From IMG/VR virus record IMGVR_UViG_3300028886_000031, positions 32,001-96,000 of that record: a DNA stretch of 64,000 bases, one strand, 5' to 3'. This DNA comes from a virus. Taxonomy: Duplodnaviria; Heunggongvirae; Uroviricota; Caudoviricetes. This document shows positions 1-10,511 of this stretch, one piece after another. Below the pieces are notes generated by a model. The model worked only from the letters and a program-made list of their open reading frames with translations, was not told the DNA's origin and did no database searches. Position 1 is the stretch's first letter. Each line of letters begins with the position of its first letter. The position numbers were made by a program, and so were the translations under genes.

Positions 1-1
1 A

Positions 2-397
2 AAATTCCTTAAAACGGTATTTGAGTTTTATGTTAAGATTGGATATAAATCCAGTTTTAATGTTCTTCCAAACACAAGTAATGAAGTTCAAAAGTCTGCT
101 AATATTATTACAGAATCTCTGAAGAAAGAACTTAGCAAACAGTTTACAATGAATAGTAAACAGTATTGCAAGATTATCTCTGAAGGTGTAGATGTTAATA
201 ATGATAAACTTCTTAAAACAAGAACCAATTATCTCGGTAGAGCACTCATGATAGAGAATTTCTTTATTAAGAAACCACAGAGAACATGTATTGGAAGCAA
301 TCTAAGTAAACCAGAGTTAGATATTTATAAGAACTGTCTCAACGAATGTACGGATCTAATGCTTAAGATAGCAATGAAGTACAATAAAAAATTCTAA
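2..397 (+). CDS. Hypothetical protein, 5'-truncated
   Basis: The frame of the 149..397 ORF is open back to position 2 (KFLKTVFEFYVK...), so the gene probably starts before the window. Confidence 0.6.
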   Translation, partial: KFLKTVFEFYVKIGYKSSFNVLPNTSNEVQKSANIITESLKKELSKQFTMNSKQYCKIISEGVDVNNDKLLKTRTNYLGRALMIENFFIKKPQRTCIGSNLSKPELDIYKNCLNECTDLMLKIAMKYNKKF

Positions 398-399
398 TT

Positions 400-720
400 A
401 TGGATGTTGTTCAGAAACTTCTTAATGAACGTAAACAATTATATGATATTGTTAAAAAGAATTGTGTGCGTCCAGTAATAGATACTGGTCATTGTGATGA
501 TTGTCATGATTTGCATGTTGGAGTTCAGCATTATGAGGATATGACTTTAAATGAGCCTCCAAAACCAGAGAATTTACATCACATAGATGATGAATGGCAA
601 AACATAGAAGATAGTCCAACACATCCATTAACAAAGCAATCAGTGGAATCTGAGAGTATTAGTTCTGAGGAAGAATCGAACCAAGAACAAATAAATAATA
701 ACGTACCATTGTTTTTATAA
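400..720 (+). CDS. Hypothetical protein (CxxC/His motif, acidic tail)
   Basis: Tightly packed ORF; HCDDCHDLH motif. Confidence 0.55.
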   Translation: MDVVQKLLNERKQLYDIVKKNCVRPVIDTGHCDDCHDLHVGVQHYEDMTLNEPPKPENLHHIDDEWQNIEDSPTHPLTKQSVESESISSEEESNQEQINNNVPLFL

Positions 721-738
721 GTTTTAAGAGGTTAAATA

Positions 739-2196
739 ATGATTTTCATATATCCAGCATCCGTAAGTGAAACTTGCGATAAACGTATTGTACCTGCTGT
801 AGCTAAATGTATAGAGAGATTTTTCTTGACACAAATTATGGATGCTATGTCCGATAATGTTATTCCGTTGTCTAGAAAATATGTCGGGAGTAATTATGGA
901 CCAATATTAATGGAGTGCGTTAACAACTATAACAAGAAACAATTGGTCACAGAGAATAAGATTTTGTTAGAAGATATTGCTACCGCTGCCGATTTTACAT
1001 ATCGAGTTAATGATATAATTAAAGATTCCCATAGTAGGGATCTAGCAACTTTACAAGGTGTTGTGAATAAGTTATCTAATCTAGCACATGAAATAGATAA
1101 TTATCGAGATGGTGGTCCTACTGATCGCGACACATTAACTGGTAATGAAAAGGATAGATTACTTAGAGATATACAAAGAGAGATGTCTAGAGTTCAAAAT
1201 AGAATTGATCAAATAGAGAGAAGATCACCTGATATTAATGGTCGCACTAGGGAAGATAGACAAGAAAGTAGGGATGAAGAAAGATTACAGTTAGAAAAAG
1301 AAAAGAATCAAAGGGAATGGCAGAAAGAACGTAGGGACGATTTGCTACAGAGAAGAAAAGATGCTAGAGAGACAAATAGAGATGCTCGTGAGTTTGAAGC
1401 ATATGCTGATGAAAGAGCTGGTTCAGGAACTGGTCATTACATGCCTTTGGATACAAAAATAGATATTACACCAACAGTTGGAAGTGTATGGGCACCAGTT
1501 TATTATAAAGGTGGTCCAAGAAATGGTGCTATCAAGGATATAGAACTTTCTATTGCCGTTAAAGTTATTCCTACGATAATTAAGAATTTTAAGGTTCTAG
1601 AAAAAGATCTCTTAGACGATTACTTTACAAAGAAAAGTGAAAGCTATTTTAAATCTAAAGGAAGAAATGCTGCTAGACATGTTTACAACGCACTAAAGAG
1701 ACTTCCTTTTGGAATGGGTGATGCTATTTGGAAACATGGTATGATGGCTGTTGCTGGTGATGATGTTGAACGTGAAAGTAGAAAAGATATTATATATAAT
1801 TCACATGGCTTTGTAAATGCTTCAGCGTTTCATAAATCATCAAGTTCACCAAACAATTACAATTTTACATCTAATATTGTTATATTTAACAAAGATGATT
1901 TAACAGATCCGGATGATTCTAATATCTTCCAAAATAGATCTGCAATGGTTAAATTATTTAAGTTGGGATGGTCTACATTCTGCATGCTTGATCCAGTAGA
2001 GGAGATGATGTATTTTATTTCTTCATTGGATGGTGGTTACATGCATCCAATTCCATATAGATACATTATGGAATCTTATGGTTCCAGAGCTTATTATGGA
2101 ACAGAGGAAAAATTAAAAGATGCTGCTAAACCATTTTCAATCAAGCGTGGTAATTTCAGTAATTTTTCCAAAGTGTTCTATAAGAAGAGAAAGTAA
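739..2196 (+). CDS. Putative virion structural protein with charged coiled coil
   Basis: 485 aa; GAGG upstream; R/E/D-rich helical centre; lies in the structural module. Confidence 0.45.
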   Translation: MIFIYPASVSETCDKRIVPAVAKCIERFFLTQIMDAMSDNVIPLSRKYVGSNYGPILMECVNNYNKKQLVTENKILLEDIATAADFTYRVNDIIKDSHSRDLATLQGVVNKLSNLAHEIDNYRDGGPTDRDTLTGNEKDRLLRDIQREMSRVQNRIDQIERRSPDINGRTREDRQESRDEERLQLEKEKNQREWQKERRDDLLQRRKDARETNRDAREFEAYADERAGSGTGHYMPLDTKIDITPTVGSVWAPVYYKGGPRNGAIKDIELSIAVKVIPTIIKNFKVLEKDLLDDYFTKKSESYFKSKGRNAARHVYNALKRLPFGMGDAIWKHGMMAVAGDDVERESRKDIIYNSHGFVNASAFHKSSSSPNNYNFTSNIVIFNKDDLTDPDDSNIFQNRSAMVKLFKLGWSTFCMLDPVEEMMYFISSLDGGYMHPIPYRYIMESYGSRAYYGTEEKLKDAAKPFSIKRGNFSNFSKVFYKKRK

Positions 2197-2915
2197 TGTC
2201 TAATAATACAGAAGTTGAATTGCCTCCTCAAGAACCAGATGAGGCTAATGTTTTTAAAATTGAAAATTCCCCATTTGAACTTTCTTTAAGAATAGAAAGT
2301 TTTTCTAATGAGAAAGATGAGATTAGTTTCATCAAATCTGTAGAAAAAATGGTGAGGTTTAGTCCAGAGTATAAGTTATGGGTAAATTACATAGTAGATA
2401 CTCTTGGTCAAAATAAATGTGAGTTTACAGGCGAGATAAAAGGCGAGTGTCCTGTCGAGGTTCATCATCATCCTATATGTCTGTACACGATTGTTAAAGC
2501 TGTTATAGAAGATAAAATGAGGAAAAAAGAGCCGTTCTGTACTTTCGATATTGCTAGGGATGTAATAGAGTTACATTTCCAAAACAAAGTCGGGTATGTT
2601 TTAATGCTCTCTGATCTACATGCTAAATATCATAATGGATATATGCAAATTCCAATAGAGTTTGTAAGTGGTGATTATAAACATATATTAACGCACTTTG
2701 AAATAGAACAAGAGGAATATTCACGTATACTCCTGTTATGTGGAGTTCATAAGGATGATATTGTCCAGTCTTGGGGCAAGAATAATTATCCAGGATTAAC
2801 AAATTCTAATACGGAAGTTAAACAAATAGATAACCAACAGGTAATGTTGGTTTCTGAACAACCTCAACAATCTATAACAGATGAAAAAGTTCTAGATATG
2901 ATATCTGTTGTATAA
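2196..2915 (+). CDS. Phage protein with HNH-like His/Cys motifs
   Basis: CEFTG...VEVHHHP...LHAKYHNG pattern; TAATG overlap with the upstream gene. Confidence 0.4.
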   Translation: MSNNTEVELPPQEPDEANVFKIENSPFELSLRIESFSNEKDEISFIKSVEKMVRFSPEYKLWVNYIVDTLGQNKCEFTGEIKGECPVEVHHHPICLYTIVKAVIEDKMRKKEPFCTFDIARDVIELHFQNKVGYVLMLSDLHAKYHNGYMQIPIEFVSGDYKHILTHFEIEQEEYSRILLLCGVHKDDIVQSWGKNNYPGLTNSNTEVKQIDNQQVMLVSEQPQQSITDEKVLDMISVV

Positions 2916-2930
2916 AAAGAATAAACAAAT

Positions 2931-3734
2931 ATGGCAGAAGGAATTGGAACAGAATCTAGTGGAATGGTTAGCATTTCCAACGATATAGATTTCTATAGGT
3001 ATAAATATAGGGACTACGAACAACAGTTGGATGGCACAAGAATCCACGTTTCATTTGTCTCGCCAATATTTTCTGTTTTTGAAAAATATAGATTCTATCT
3101 TTTACAGAATAGTGTAAAAGTTCCTTTGGATAAAAAATACTGGTATAGACCAGACTATATATCCTTTATGTATTATGGAACAACTGCCTGGTGGCAATTG
3201 GTTCTATGGCTCAATAATGTAAATGCTATAGAGTATTTTACAATAGATGAGATTATAGTTCCAATCCCAGAAGCAATAGATACTTTACAACAAGAGGCAT
3301 ATACAGCTGGTGCATATTTAGATATTAATGAAGATGCTAAACACAATGTTACGTTGTTTACATTATATAAGCCTGCTCAAAGTAATATAATAGATCTTAA
3401 ACGGAGTTTCAGTAATAGTTCAACGCTATCACAATTAACAGAACCTCCAGAAGAAGAAAAGACAATCTTCCATAGAGAAATTTATGAAATGACCATTCCA
3501 ATTCTTAGACTTAGATATGTTGATTTGGAGAAAATTCCAATAGAAAAGTCTCTAAGAGTTATTGCTAAATGTAGACCAAATTTAATATTTGGAAAGCATT
3601 ATACTCTAGTAGAAAACGATGATGGGAAAAAGAATAGGATTACTTGGGATCCTAAGATTATAGAGAATGCTGGTCTTTTATTTAAATTACAAGAAAACGA
3701 TGTATTGGAAATACAGTATGTTTCTAAAGAATAG
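2931..3734 (+). CDS. Baseplate wedge protein, T4 gp53/LysM-like
   Basis: YRPDYISFMYYGTTAWWQLVLWLNNV matches the gp53-like RPDxIS..YG....W.I...N pattern. Confidence 0.7.
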   Translation: MAEGIGTESSGMVSISNDIDFYRYKYRDYEQQLDGTRIHVSFVSPIFSVFEKYRFYLLQNSVKVPLDKKYWYRPDYISFMYYGTTAWWQLVLWLNNVNAIEYFTIDEIIVPIPEAIDTLQQEAYTAGAYLDINEDAKHNVTLFTLYKPAQSNIIDLKRSFSNSSTLSQLTEPPEEEKTIFHREIYEMTIPILRLRYVDLEKIPIEKSLRVIAKCRPNLIFGKHYTLVENDDGKKNRITWDPKIIENAGLLFKLQENDVLEIQYVSKE

Positions 3735-4173
3735 GAAGATTACAGAGTATAAACAGATAACAAGGCTTACATCCCATCCAAATTGTAAATTAAATGTAGC
3801 ACCTTGTGATATTAAATCATTGTATTTTTGGTTTGATCAATGTAATGATGTTATACCATCTGTTCTGACGTTTTCGAATAGTGGAATACAGCATATTAAC
3901 TACGAGGATATAAAAATAGTTATAATCACTAGGGATCTTGGATTACATAAGACATACGATAAAGATAATAACTATTATTTACATTATGATTGTAACTATG
4001 TCAAAAACAACTATAAACATTATTTGACTCCATATCAGAGAACAAACGCACTTATCGGGAGTTATATTATAGATTGGAGAGATAATTATAAATTAAGAGA
4101 AAGACTCAAATTAAATGAGTCTGAGTTTATAGAATTGAATTATTATATATTTGATCCCAACTATCCCGAATAA
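3718..4173 (+). CDS. Hypothetical protein (possible baseplate-associated)
   Basis: Likely start MFLKNRK overlapping the previous stop; the C-terminus (IIDW..LKLNESEFIELNY) resembles that of the upstream protein (ITW..FKLQENDVLEIQY). Confidence 0.5.
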   Translation: MFLKNRKITEYKQITRLTSHPNCKLNVAPCDIKSLYFWFDQCNDVIPSVLTFSNSGIQHINYEDIKIVIITRDLGLHKTYDKDNNYYLHYDCNYVKNNYKHYLTPYQRTNALIGSYIIDWRDNYKLRERLKLNESEFIELNYYIFDPNYPE

Positions 4174-4199
4174 ATTTAAATTTCGTTTATGGATTAAAT

Positions 4200-5084
4200 A
4201 TGATTACTAAGAAACTATCATTACTTCGTGACATTCCAAATATTGTCAATATGTCACAGGCTGATGTGGATCTTTATAAAATAAATGACGATGATACTAG
4301 GCAGTTTATAGATTCTGTAGATCTTTTTAGTAATAGAGCAAAGAATCATAATAGCTATCAGTATGTCAAGTTCCATGTAGATAACAATTTCAAGTTTTTA
4401 GATATTGTAAAGATTCCAAAATATCCACTTCTCGCTGTATATAATAGTAATACAAAGAAGTGTCTTATCAATATATCAGCATCTCTTAAAACAAATGTTA
4501 ACAATATTGACTCTCGTGATCTGTACACAATGGTTTTCTATGCTCATTGTTGTAGTTGTTTAAGTGTATCTAATATTAATCCAGGTTTTTATGAGTTCTT
4601 CTGTAACTTTATATGCTTGATGTTTTTAAAGTTATTTGCTAAGAAATATGGAATTACTGGAAGTTATGTAGATCTAATACCTCAATTTAAATATGTTGTA
4701 AGCTGTTATATACTTATGAGGTTCTTTGGAATCAATTTTACAGAGGCGAATAAAAAAGCTAAGGCGTATAGTAAGTTTGATTCTAACCTCTTGTTTAAAA
4801 GAGTAAATATATCAGATTATAATCTATCAGATATTAAGGATATGTTGAGACTTCTGGATAAAAGTGGTATATGTCCAGGACTTGGACCTTATAGATTTTT
4901 GGAAACTGTTATTAGATATTATGGTCCAATGAATCTATGTATGTTTGAAGATATTATGAGATTTAGTTGTGCATTGTTATGTTCAAGTATTAACTCAAAT
5001 TCATTTTTCCCACAGATATTCCAGCTAGCGTATTCTAGACAGGATTACGAAAAGATTACACAAATAGTAGAAAAATATCTATAA
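4200..5084 (+). CDS. Hypothetical protein (structural module)
   Basis: 294-aa ORF between the baseplate wedge and spike genes. Confidence 0.6.
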   Translation: MITKKLSLLRDIPNIVNMSQADVDLYKINDDDTRQFIDSVDLFSNRAKNHNSYQYVKFHVDNNFKFLDIVKIPKYPLLAVYNSNTKKCLINISASLKTNVNNIDSRDLYTMVFYAHCCSCLSVSNINPGFYEFFCNFICLMFLKLFAKKYGITGSYVDLIPQFKYVVSCYILMRFFGINFTEANKKAKAYSKFDSNLLFKRVNISDYNLSDIKDMLRLLDKSGICPGLGPYRFLETVIRYYGPMNLCMFEDIMRFSCALLCSSINSNSFFPQIFQLAYSRQDYEKITQIVEKYL

Positions 5085-5103
5085 GTTGTAAAAAGGTAAA
5101 TTT

Positions 5104-8100
5104 ATGGTTGTTAATGGTAGATTGTATGGTTTCTATAGAGCACTTGTTGTAAACGCCCATGATCCTAAAAAGACAGGAAGGGTAAAAGTACACATTCCTG
5201 ATATCATGCTCGATAAAGGCTGGACTGGACAATGGTGCGATAATGGAATATGGGCACATCCAGCAAACAACATGCTTGGAGGTAGAAATACATACGATAT
5301 AGATGGTGTAAGATGTTCTCATCAAGATGCTAGATATCAGGGTCAATGTATGATTCCACCGAAGGGGTCACATGTATTTCTGTTCTTTGAAAAAGGTGAT
5401 CCTAGTAGACCATATTACTTTGCTGCTGCAGATTATGGTCAGACAAAAGTTCTACCAGAAAATAGAGTAGGTTCAAAATGGGAAGAGAAGTGGACTCTAA
5501 TTAAAACACATAAAGGTCGTGCTATTGTAGTTAGTGATGAAGATGGGTACGATGGTAGAGTAGAGATTACTGGTAAGAAGAGAGCAATTCATAATAGTCC
5601 TGATGGTGATACGGAATCTGTATTTAATATAGATGGGAATCAGACTGTATTTTTAATAGATGAACGTACTGGAAGTCATGAAAAAGTAATGCTTAAGGAT
5701 TATCGTGGAAATTACATAAAGATGATCCAGGACGAAGCTGGTAGAAATGATCAGCTCCATATTTTCATGAAAGACGATATTCATATAGAGACATTGAAGA
5801 ATATCTATATAGAAGCACATGAAGATATACATATGACAGCACATAAAGATATTTTTATTACAGCTTTAAACGATATGTATATAAAAGTAGATAAGCATTT
5901 TAGTGAGATGGCACAATTAATAGATAGATATTCAGAAACAAAAGACAGAAGATATGCTGCTACAAACATTGAGGATAAAGCTGATGTAGATTATGCTATG
6001 TCTGCGGGAGCCAATATAAAAGAAATGGCTGGAGCAATGTGCGGAAGAGATGCTGGGAGTTCTATTGCTGATAAAGCCGGAGGTGCGTGGTGTGCCCAAG
6101 CTAGTTCTACAGCTTCAATGATTGGAGCTGGCGGTGCGTTCGTAGATGGACCACAATCAGCAGTAAATAATGGAAGTGCTCCCGTAAGTCCCCCTAAAGG
6201 AATAGATCCAGCTAGACCATCCCAAAAAGCAACTTTACCTGTACCAGATCCTGAGAGACATTTTACTCCAACTGATGATGGCTGGGCTCCTGTGGCTCCA
6301 GAAGAAAATCCACAAAACAAATGCCATCAAAAATTCTGGAAGAATCCACAATGGAAGAATTTAAGTAGTCCGAGTCAATGTCATAACGCAAAAGTTGGAG
6401 GATCTGGAAGTGGTGCAGCAAGTGGAACTGGAGGTTCCGGCGGAGGCGGTGGAGCCGGAGGTGGAGGAGGATCTGGTGGTGCTGGAGGAGGTTCTGGCGC
6501 AGGCGGTGGAGCCGGAGGCGGAGGAGGATCTGGTGGTGCTGGAGGATCTGGTGGAGGCGGTGGTGCACGAAGTTCTTCTCCATCCGCTAATTTAGCAACA
6601 AATGCTATTAATAAAGCAATAGATATTACAACAAATGTATCGAAAAATGTAGCCGATGTTACATCTAATGCAGCAACATCAATTAAAGATACAATTAATA
6701 AGGTAATAAGTACTGCTACAAATCTTCCAGTTACTGCAGCCAATGTTGTAAATGGTGCTTTAGGGGCTGTAGACGCTGCGGCATCTAGTGTAATAAATGG
6801 AATAGGTAATACAGTTCAAACTGCTATATCTGCTACGAATTATATTACATCCGCTGTAAACTCTACAGTTAATGGAGTGGATTCAGCAATTAAAACATCT
6901 GTTCAAACTCTATTTGAGAAGATTTCTGACAATAAAGTTACAAATACAATTAACGATGTTGTTACAGATGCTATGAGTGCTGCTCTATATGGAGCACATA
7001 CAGCGTCAGCGGTTCTTGGTGATGTTAGGGAAATGTTCTATAATACGCTTGTAGATGCTGGAAATTTTACACAAGCTATTGCTACAAATACTCTGGGAAC
7101 TGTATTAAATACAGTGAATTTAGCTAGTGCCTATGCTAATGCTACAATGAATAATATAACTGGTTTTATGGCATCAAATGTAAATGCTATATGTAATAAT
7201 CTATCCAACGCTATAGGAACGGCAGTAGATACAGGATCTGGGATTGTTAATAACTTCGCAAATATGGCATTAAATGTATCTGGTGATGTATTATCAGCTG
7301 GAGGTAACGCCATAGATAACATACTTAGTACACTTATAAACGGCGCTATAGATACAGCAAAAAATACAGGAGAAACATTTTACGATTCTGCATTAGATGG
7401 TATATATTCCACAATGGGAATGTTATCTAATGCGGCAAAGCAGCAAGTAGTACAGCAATTCTATAGTAGGTGTTGTGATTTTATTAGTTCTTCTCCTAGT
7501 GTCTATAATCAAAATATCATTGATGGATTAGCTGGTTTTCGTACATTTATAAATACTCTGGATATAACAGCAAATGTTACGAATATGTTTGCAACACAAA
7601 TTGTATATAATACAGTCTATTGTACAAAAGTGATTGAAGATGCCTATCATAAGCTTCCACAAATTACAGCTAATACTTTAACTGCTTATGTATTTGAAGG
7701 ATTAATAAGTGCTGTAGATTCTATTCAAAGTAGATGTAATGATTATCTTATTTCTAATATTAGAAATAATATGTATCAACAGATATATTCTATAGATAAA
7801 TTTATCTATTCTACTATGGATGCTGCAAGTCTGTTATGTACTGTTTATCATGAAATATGTGATCCACTTCTAACCCATGATTGTAATGATTTCTGCCTAC
7901 ATAATCTAGTTCAGATATCTACTGATAATTTTATGGATGTTGTCGGATCTGATCTTAATGAATGTATAGACGAATGTATATCAGATTCTTATGGGGAACT
8001 TGTAACTGATGTAATAGGAAGTATTACAGATAACATTCCAACCCTAGAAGGTTTGAGAGCATACATTCCAGTATCTATAGTAGATACATATGCCTCTTTA

Positions 8101-10509
8101 GGAATGGAAGGTATTTTGACACCTCAACAACTAGGCATTAAAATTGCTGAAGCTATTAGAGATTATATGTGTAGTCCAGATTTTGAAAGCATTTTTGATG
8201 AATATATAGCACAAGTGGATCCAGATTCATTTACAATGGATTATGCTTTACTATCATCATACGATCCAAGTTCTGGAATAACACTTGCTGATTTTCTTCT
8301 TAATAATTATTCTAATACTGTTTTACAATTAACCAACTCTCTAATAGAAAGATGTAGTTCTGTGATTAATACTGCTATAACAGTAAGTGATCCAACGATG
8401 AATTATTCTCCATTGTATTCTAGTGTTGTTAATAATCTTCAAAATGGAATAGATACAGTTTTAAGAGATTCTATGACTACATCAATAGAATCTGATGTAT
8501 CATCTATCTATGATGAATCTGTTCTTCCTGTAAATGAAGTTTGTGATATGGCATCTGATTGTTGCAGACAGTTATTAGATGTTAAAGATAATGTTCTTGA
8601 TAACCTTGTTGATAATATGTCTTTGGATTATAAAGCAGCAATTAATAATGCTTCTGATGTAATTAAGGATAATTTTAATTCTTTAGTTAATGATATAGAT
8701 CCATCTACTTATATAAATTATGGAACAGAGCTTCTATTGGATTCTGTAAATAAAACCATATCAACATTACAAGATACAAGTTCTGTTAATGGAGTTTTGT
8801 ATTCTTCCATGTATAATGGAATGGAATCGTTTATTAATCCATCCGTTTATTATATAGATACTCAACCGACTGTTTTACTTGATATATTAGATAGAGCTGG
8901 ACAGTTATTATGTGATTCCATAGTTGAAGTTGTTAAGGAAGAAGGTAGATCAGCTCTTCAATACTTAGAAGATGCTATAGATGCTAAGCCAATGTCTTTA
9001 TGGACTCAAGAAGAGATAGATGAAGCTGTTGTAAGACTGGATTTGTTAAATTCTTTTGCATATAGACCATTAGAAACTTTTGATTCTTTAAATGAATATG
9101 GATTCACTAGAAGTCAATTCATGACGAATGCACCAGAAACATTTACTAATCAGGTTATTTTAGATTCTGATTATCCAACTGTAGAAAGTCAAAAGAAAAA
9201 GATAATGCTGACAATAGATGATGTTATTGTTAAAGCAATTAATCTTATTAAAGATACATGTACAAAGACGTTAATTATAAATGATAATTTTATAGATAAC
9301 CAGTTTAACAAAAATGTAGATCTTACAAAGATATATACCATTCCTGGAGTTCGTACAAAGGAATGTTCATGCGAAACAGAAATAGTAGAGAATATTCCAT
9401 TATGGTGTGATTATGTAAATGTTGGTGGCTGTGGTTGTTTGTATGAATACACAATGTTCCTGAAGGATAGATTCTATAATCCAATTCATTGGATATGTGA
9501 ACATGACGGTATTAGAACATTTGGATTCTCTTTAAATCCAAATTTGGATAATTTGAATGATCCAACAAATTTACTTCATTCTAGTGAAATGATTTCTGCA
9601 AGAAACGCTGTTTTTGATTACTTCTTTAAAGATATAGATACAGATTTAGAGAGTAATATTTATCTTAAGAGAATAGATAATATTATGACATTATGTGAGC
9701 AAAACGATTTTGATGTTGTTATAAATCTCTTTGATTTTGGTTGTAAGACATATCCTTGGTTAGATGGTATTCCAGAGAGGATTAGATATACACACGAAAT
9801 GAAAGATGATAAACTTAAGAAATATCTCAAGTATATGACTCATAGGATCTTTTATAAGAGAGATAAAAATAACGAAGAGGTAAGAAGACACACGAAAGTT
9901 ATTTTCAATATTGGAAATGGAAGTTATGATAATACGGAAGATCCAAATAGAGAGATATTTGACATGTATCCTAATTGTGGTTTTATACGTGAGTTGGTAA
10001 TGTTCTTAGGCTATGAGTGTGAGGCAACAACTAATTTTATGGGTATGTCTGCAAATGAAAAAGATAATCTATATTATTATAGTCCATATGCAGAATTTCA
10101 AGTATATGACGATGGAATACAGAGAAACCTTGATGAATATTCCATGTGTTTAAGAGATAGAATAGATGGTAGCGATAATGGAAAATGTGATATTATAATA
10201 TATAATGATGATGGATCCATTAAGTCAGGATATTTTAAATATCTAACATCATGTAATGAAAAATCATATCCGATGTCTTATATTTATGATTTAAACTCTT
10301 GGTTAGATGAAAGATATAGTGCTATGGAAACAATAAGGGAACATTATACATTACCTGATGGAACATTAAACGCTAATGTAATGAATGCTATTTACAGTCC
10401 ATATTTCAGAAATGTTTTAAGATATATGTATAATGGTCATGATGCGTATTTTAAATTCAGAGAAGTTGAGTTTGATCCAATTACTGGAATGCCGAAGGAT
10501 GAGGATTAA
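5104..10509 (+). CDS. Gp5/VgrG-like baseplate central spike with long C-terminal extension
   Basis: N-terminal Gp5 OB-fold signature GFYRALVVNAHDPKKTGRVKVHIP...WA.P...IPPKGSHVFLFFEKGDPSRPYY, followed by beta-helix-like repeats (DIHIET/NIYIEA/DIHMTA/DIFITA). Confidence 0.8.
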   Translation: MVVNGRLYGFYRALVVNAHDPKKTGRVKVHIPDIMLDKGWTGQWCDNGIWAHPANNMLGGRNTYDIDGVRCSHQDARYQGQCMIPPKGSHVFLFFEKGDPSRPYYFAAADYGQTKVLPENRVGSKWEEKWTLIKTHKGRAIVVSDEDGYDGRVEITGKKRAIHNSPDGDTESVFNIDGNQTVFLIDERTGSHEKVMLKDYRGNYIKMIQDEAGRNDQLHIFMKDDIHIETLKNIYIEAHEDIHMTAHKDIFITALNDMYIKVDKHFSEMAQLIDRYSETKDRRYAATNIEDKADVDYAMSAGANIKEMAGAMCGRDAGSSIADKAGGAWCAQASSTASMIGAGGAFVDGPQSAVNNGSAPVSPPKGIDPARPSQKATLPVPDPERHFTPTDDGWAPVAPEENPQNKCHQKFWKNPQWKNLSSPSQCHNAKVGGSGSGAASGTGGSGGGGGAGGGGGSGGAGGGSGAGGGAGGGGGSGGAGGSGGGGGARSSSPSANLATNAINKAIDITTNVSKNVADVTSNAATSIKDTINKVISTATNLPVTAANVVNGALGAVDAAASSVINGIGNTVQTAISATNYITSAVNSTVNGVDSAIKTSVQTLFEKISDNKVTNTINDVVTDAMSAALYGAHTASAVLGDVREMFYNTLVDAGNFTQAIATNTLGTVLNTVNLASAYANATMNNITGFMASNVNAICNNLSNAIGTAVDTGSGIVNNFANMALNVSGDVLSAGGNAIDNILSTLINGAIDTAKNTGETFYDSALDGIYSTMGMLSNAAKQQVVQQFYSRCCDFISSSPSVYNQNIIDGLAGFRTFINTLDITANVTNMFATQIVYNTVYCTKVIEDAYHKLPQITANTLTAYVFEGLISAVDSIQSRCNDYLISNIRNNMYQQIYSIDKFIYSTMDAASLLCTVYHEICDPLLTHDCNDFCLHNLVQISTDNFMDVVGSDLNECIDECISDSYGELVTDVIGSITDNIPTLEGLRAYIPVSIVDTYASLGMEGILTPQQLGIKIAEAIRDYMCSPDFESIFDEYIAQVDPDSFTMDYALLSSYDPSSGITLADFLLNNYSNTVLQLTNSLIERCSSVINTAITVSDPTMNYSPLYSSVVNNLQNGIDTVLRDSMTTSIESDVSSIYDESVLPVNEVCDMASDCCRQLLDVKDNVLDNLVDNMSLDYKAAINNASDVIKDNFNSLVNDIDPSTYINYGTELLLDSVNKTISTLQDTSSVNGVLYSSMYNGMESFINPSVYYIDTQPTVLLDILDRAGQLLCDSIVEVVKEEGRSALQYLEDAIDAKPMSLWTQEEIDEAVVRLDLLNSFAYRPLETFDSLNEYGFTRSQFMTNAPETFTNQVILDSDYPTVESQKKKIMLTIDDVIVKAINLIKDTCTKTLIINDNFIDNQFNKNVDLTKIYTIPGVRTKECSCETEIVENIPLWCDYVNVGGCGCLYEYTMFLKDRFYNPIHWICEHDGIRTFGFSLNPNLDNLNDPTNLLHSSEMISARNAVFDYFFKDIDTDLESNIYLKRIDNIMTLCEQNDFDVVINLFDFGCKTYPWLDGIPERIRYTHEMKDDKLKKYLKYMTHRIFYKRDKNNEEVRRHTKVIFNIGNGSYDNTEDPNREIFDMYPNCGFIRELVMFLGYECEATTNFMGMSANEKDNLYYYSPYAEFQVYDDGIQRNLDEYSMCLRDRIDGSDNGKCDIIIYNDDGSIKSGYFKYLTSCNEKSYPMSYIYDLNSWLDERYSAMETIREHYTLPDGTLNANVMNAIYSPYFRNVLRYMYNGHDAYFKFREVEFDPITGMPKDED
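6430..6543 (+). repeat. Two near-identical 57-bp tandem repeats encoding a Gly/Ser/Ala linker
   Basis: ggaggttcYggcgSaggcggtggagccggaggYggaggaggatctggtggtgctgga present twice. Confidence 0.85.
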
Positions 10510-10511
10510 TT

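Noticed and set aside
6430-6543. GC-rich repeats as a possible CRISPR array or DGR repeat
   Set aside because: In-frame Gly codon repeats with no unique spacers; no reverse transcriptase or cas gene in the window
5991-6743. Pro-rich and other ORFs antisense to or overlapping the spike Gly linker (also 11618-12079 and 11737-12003)
   Set aside because: They are shadows of GGN-rich codons on the coding strand, with no RBS or independent signal
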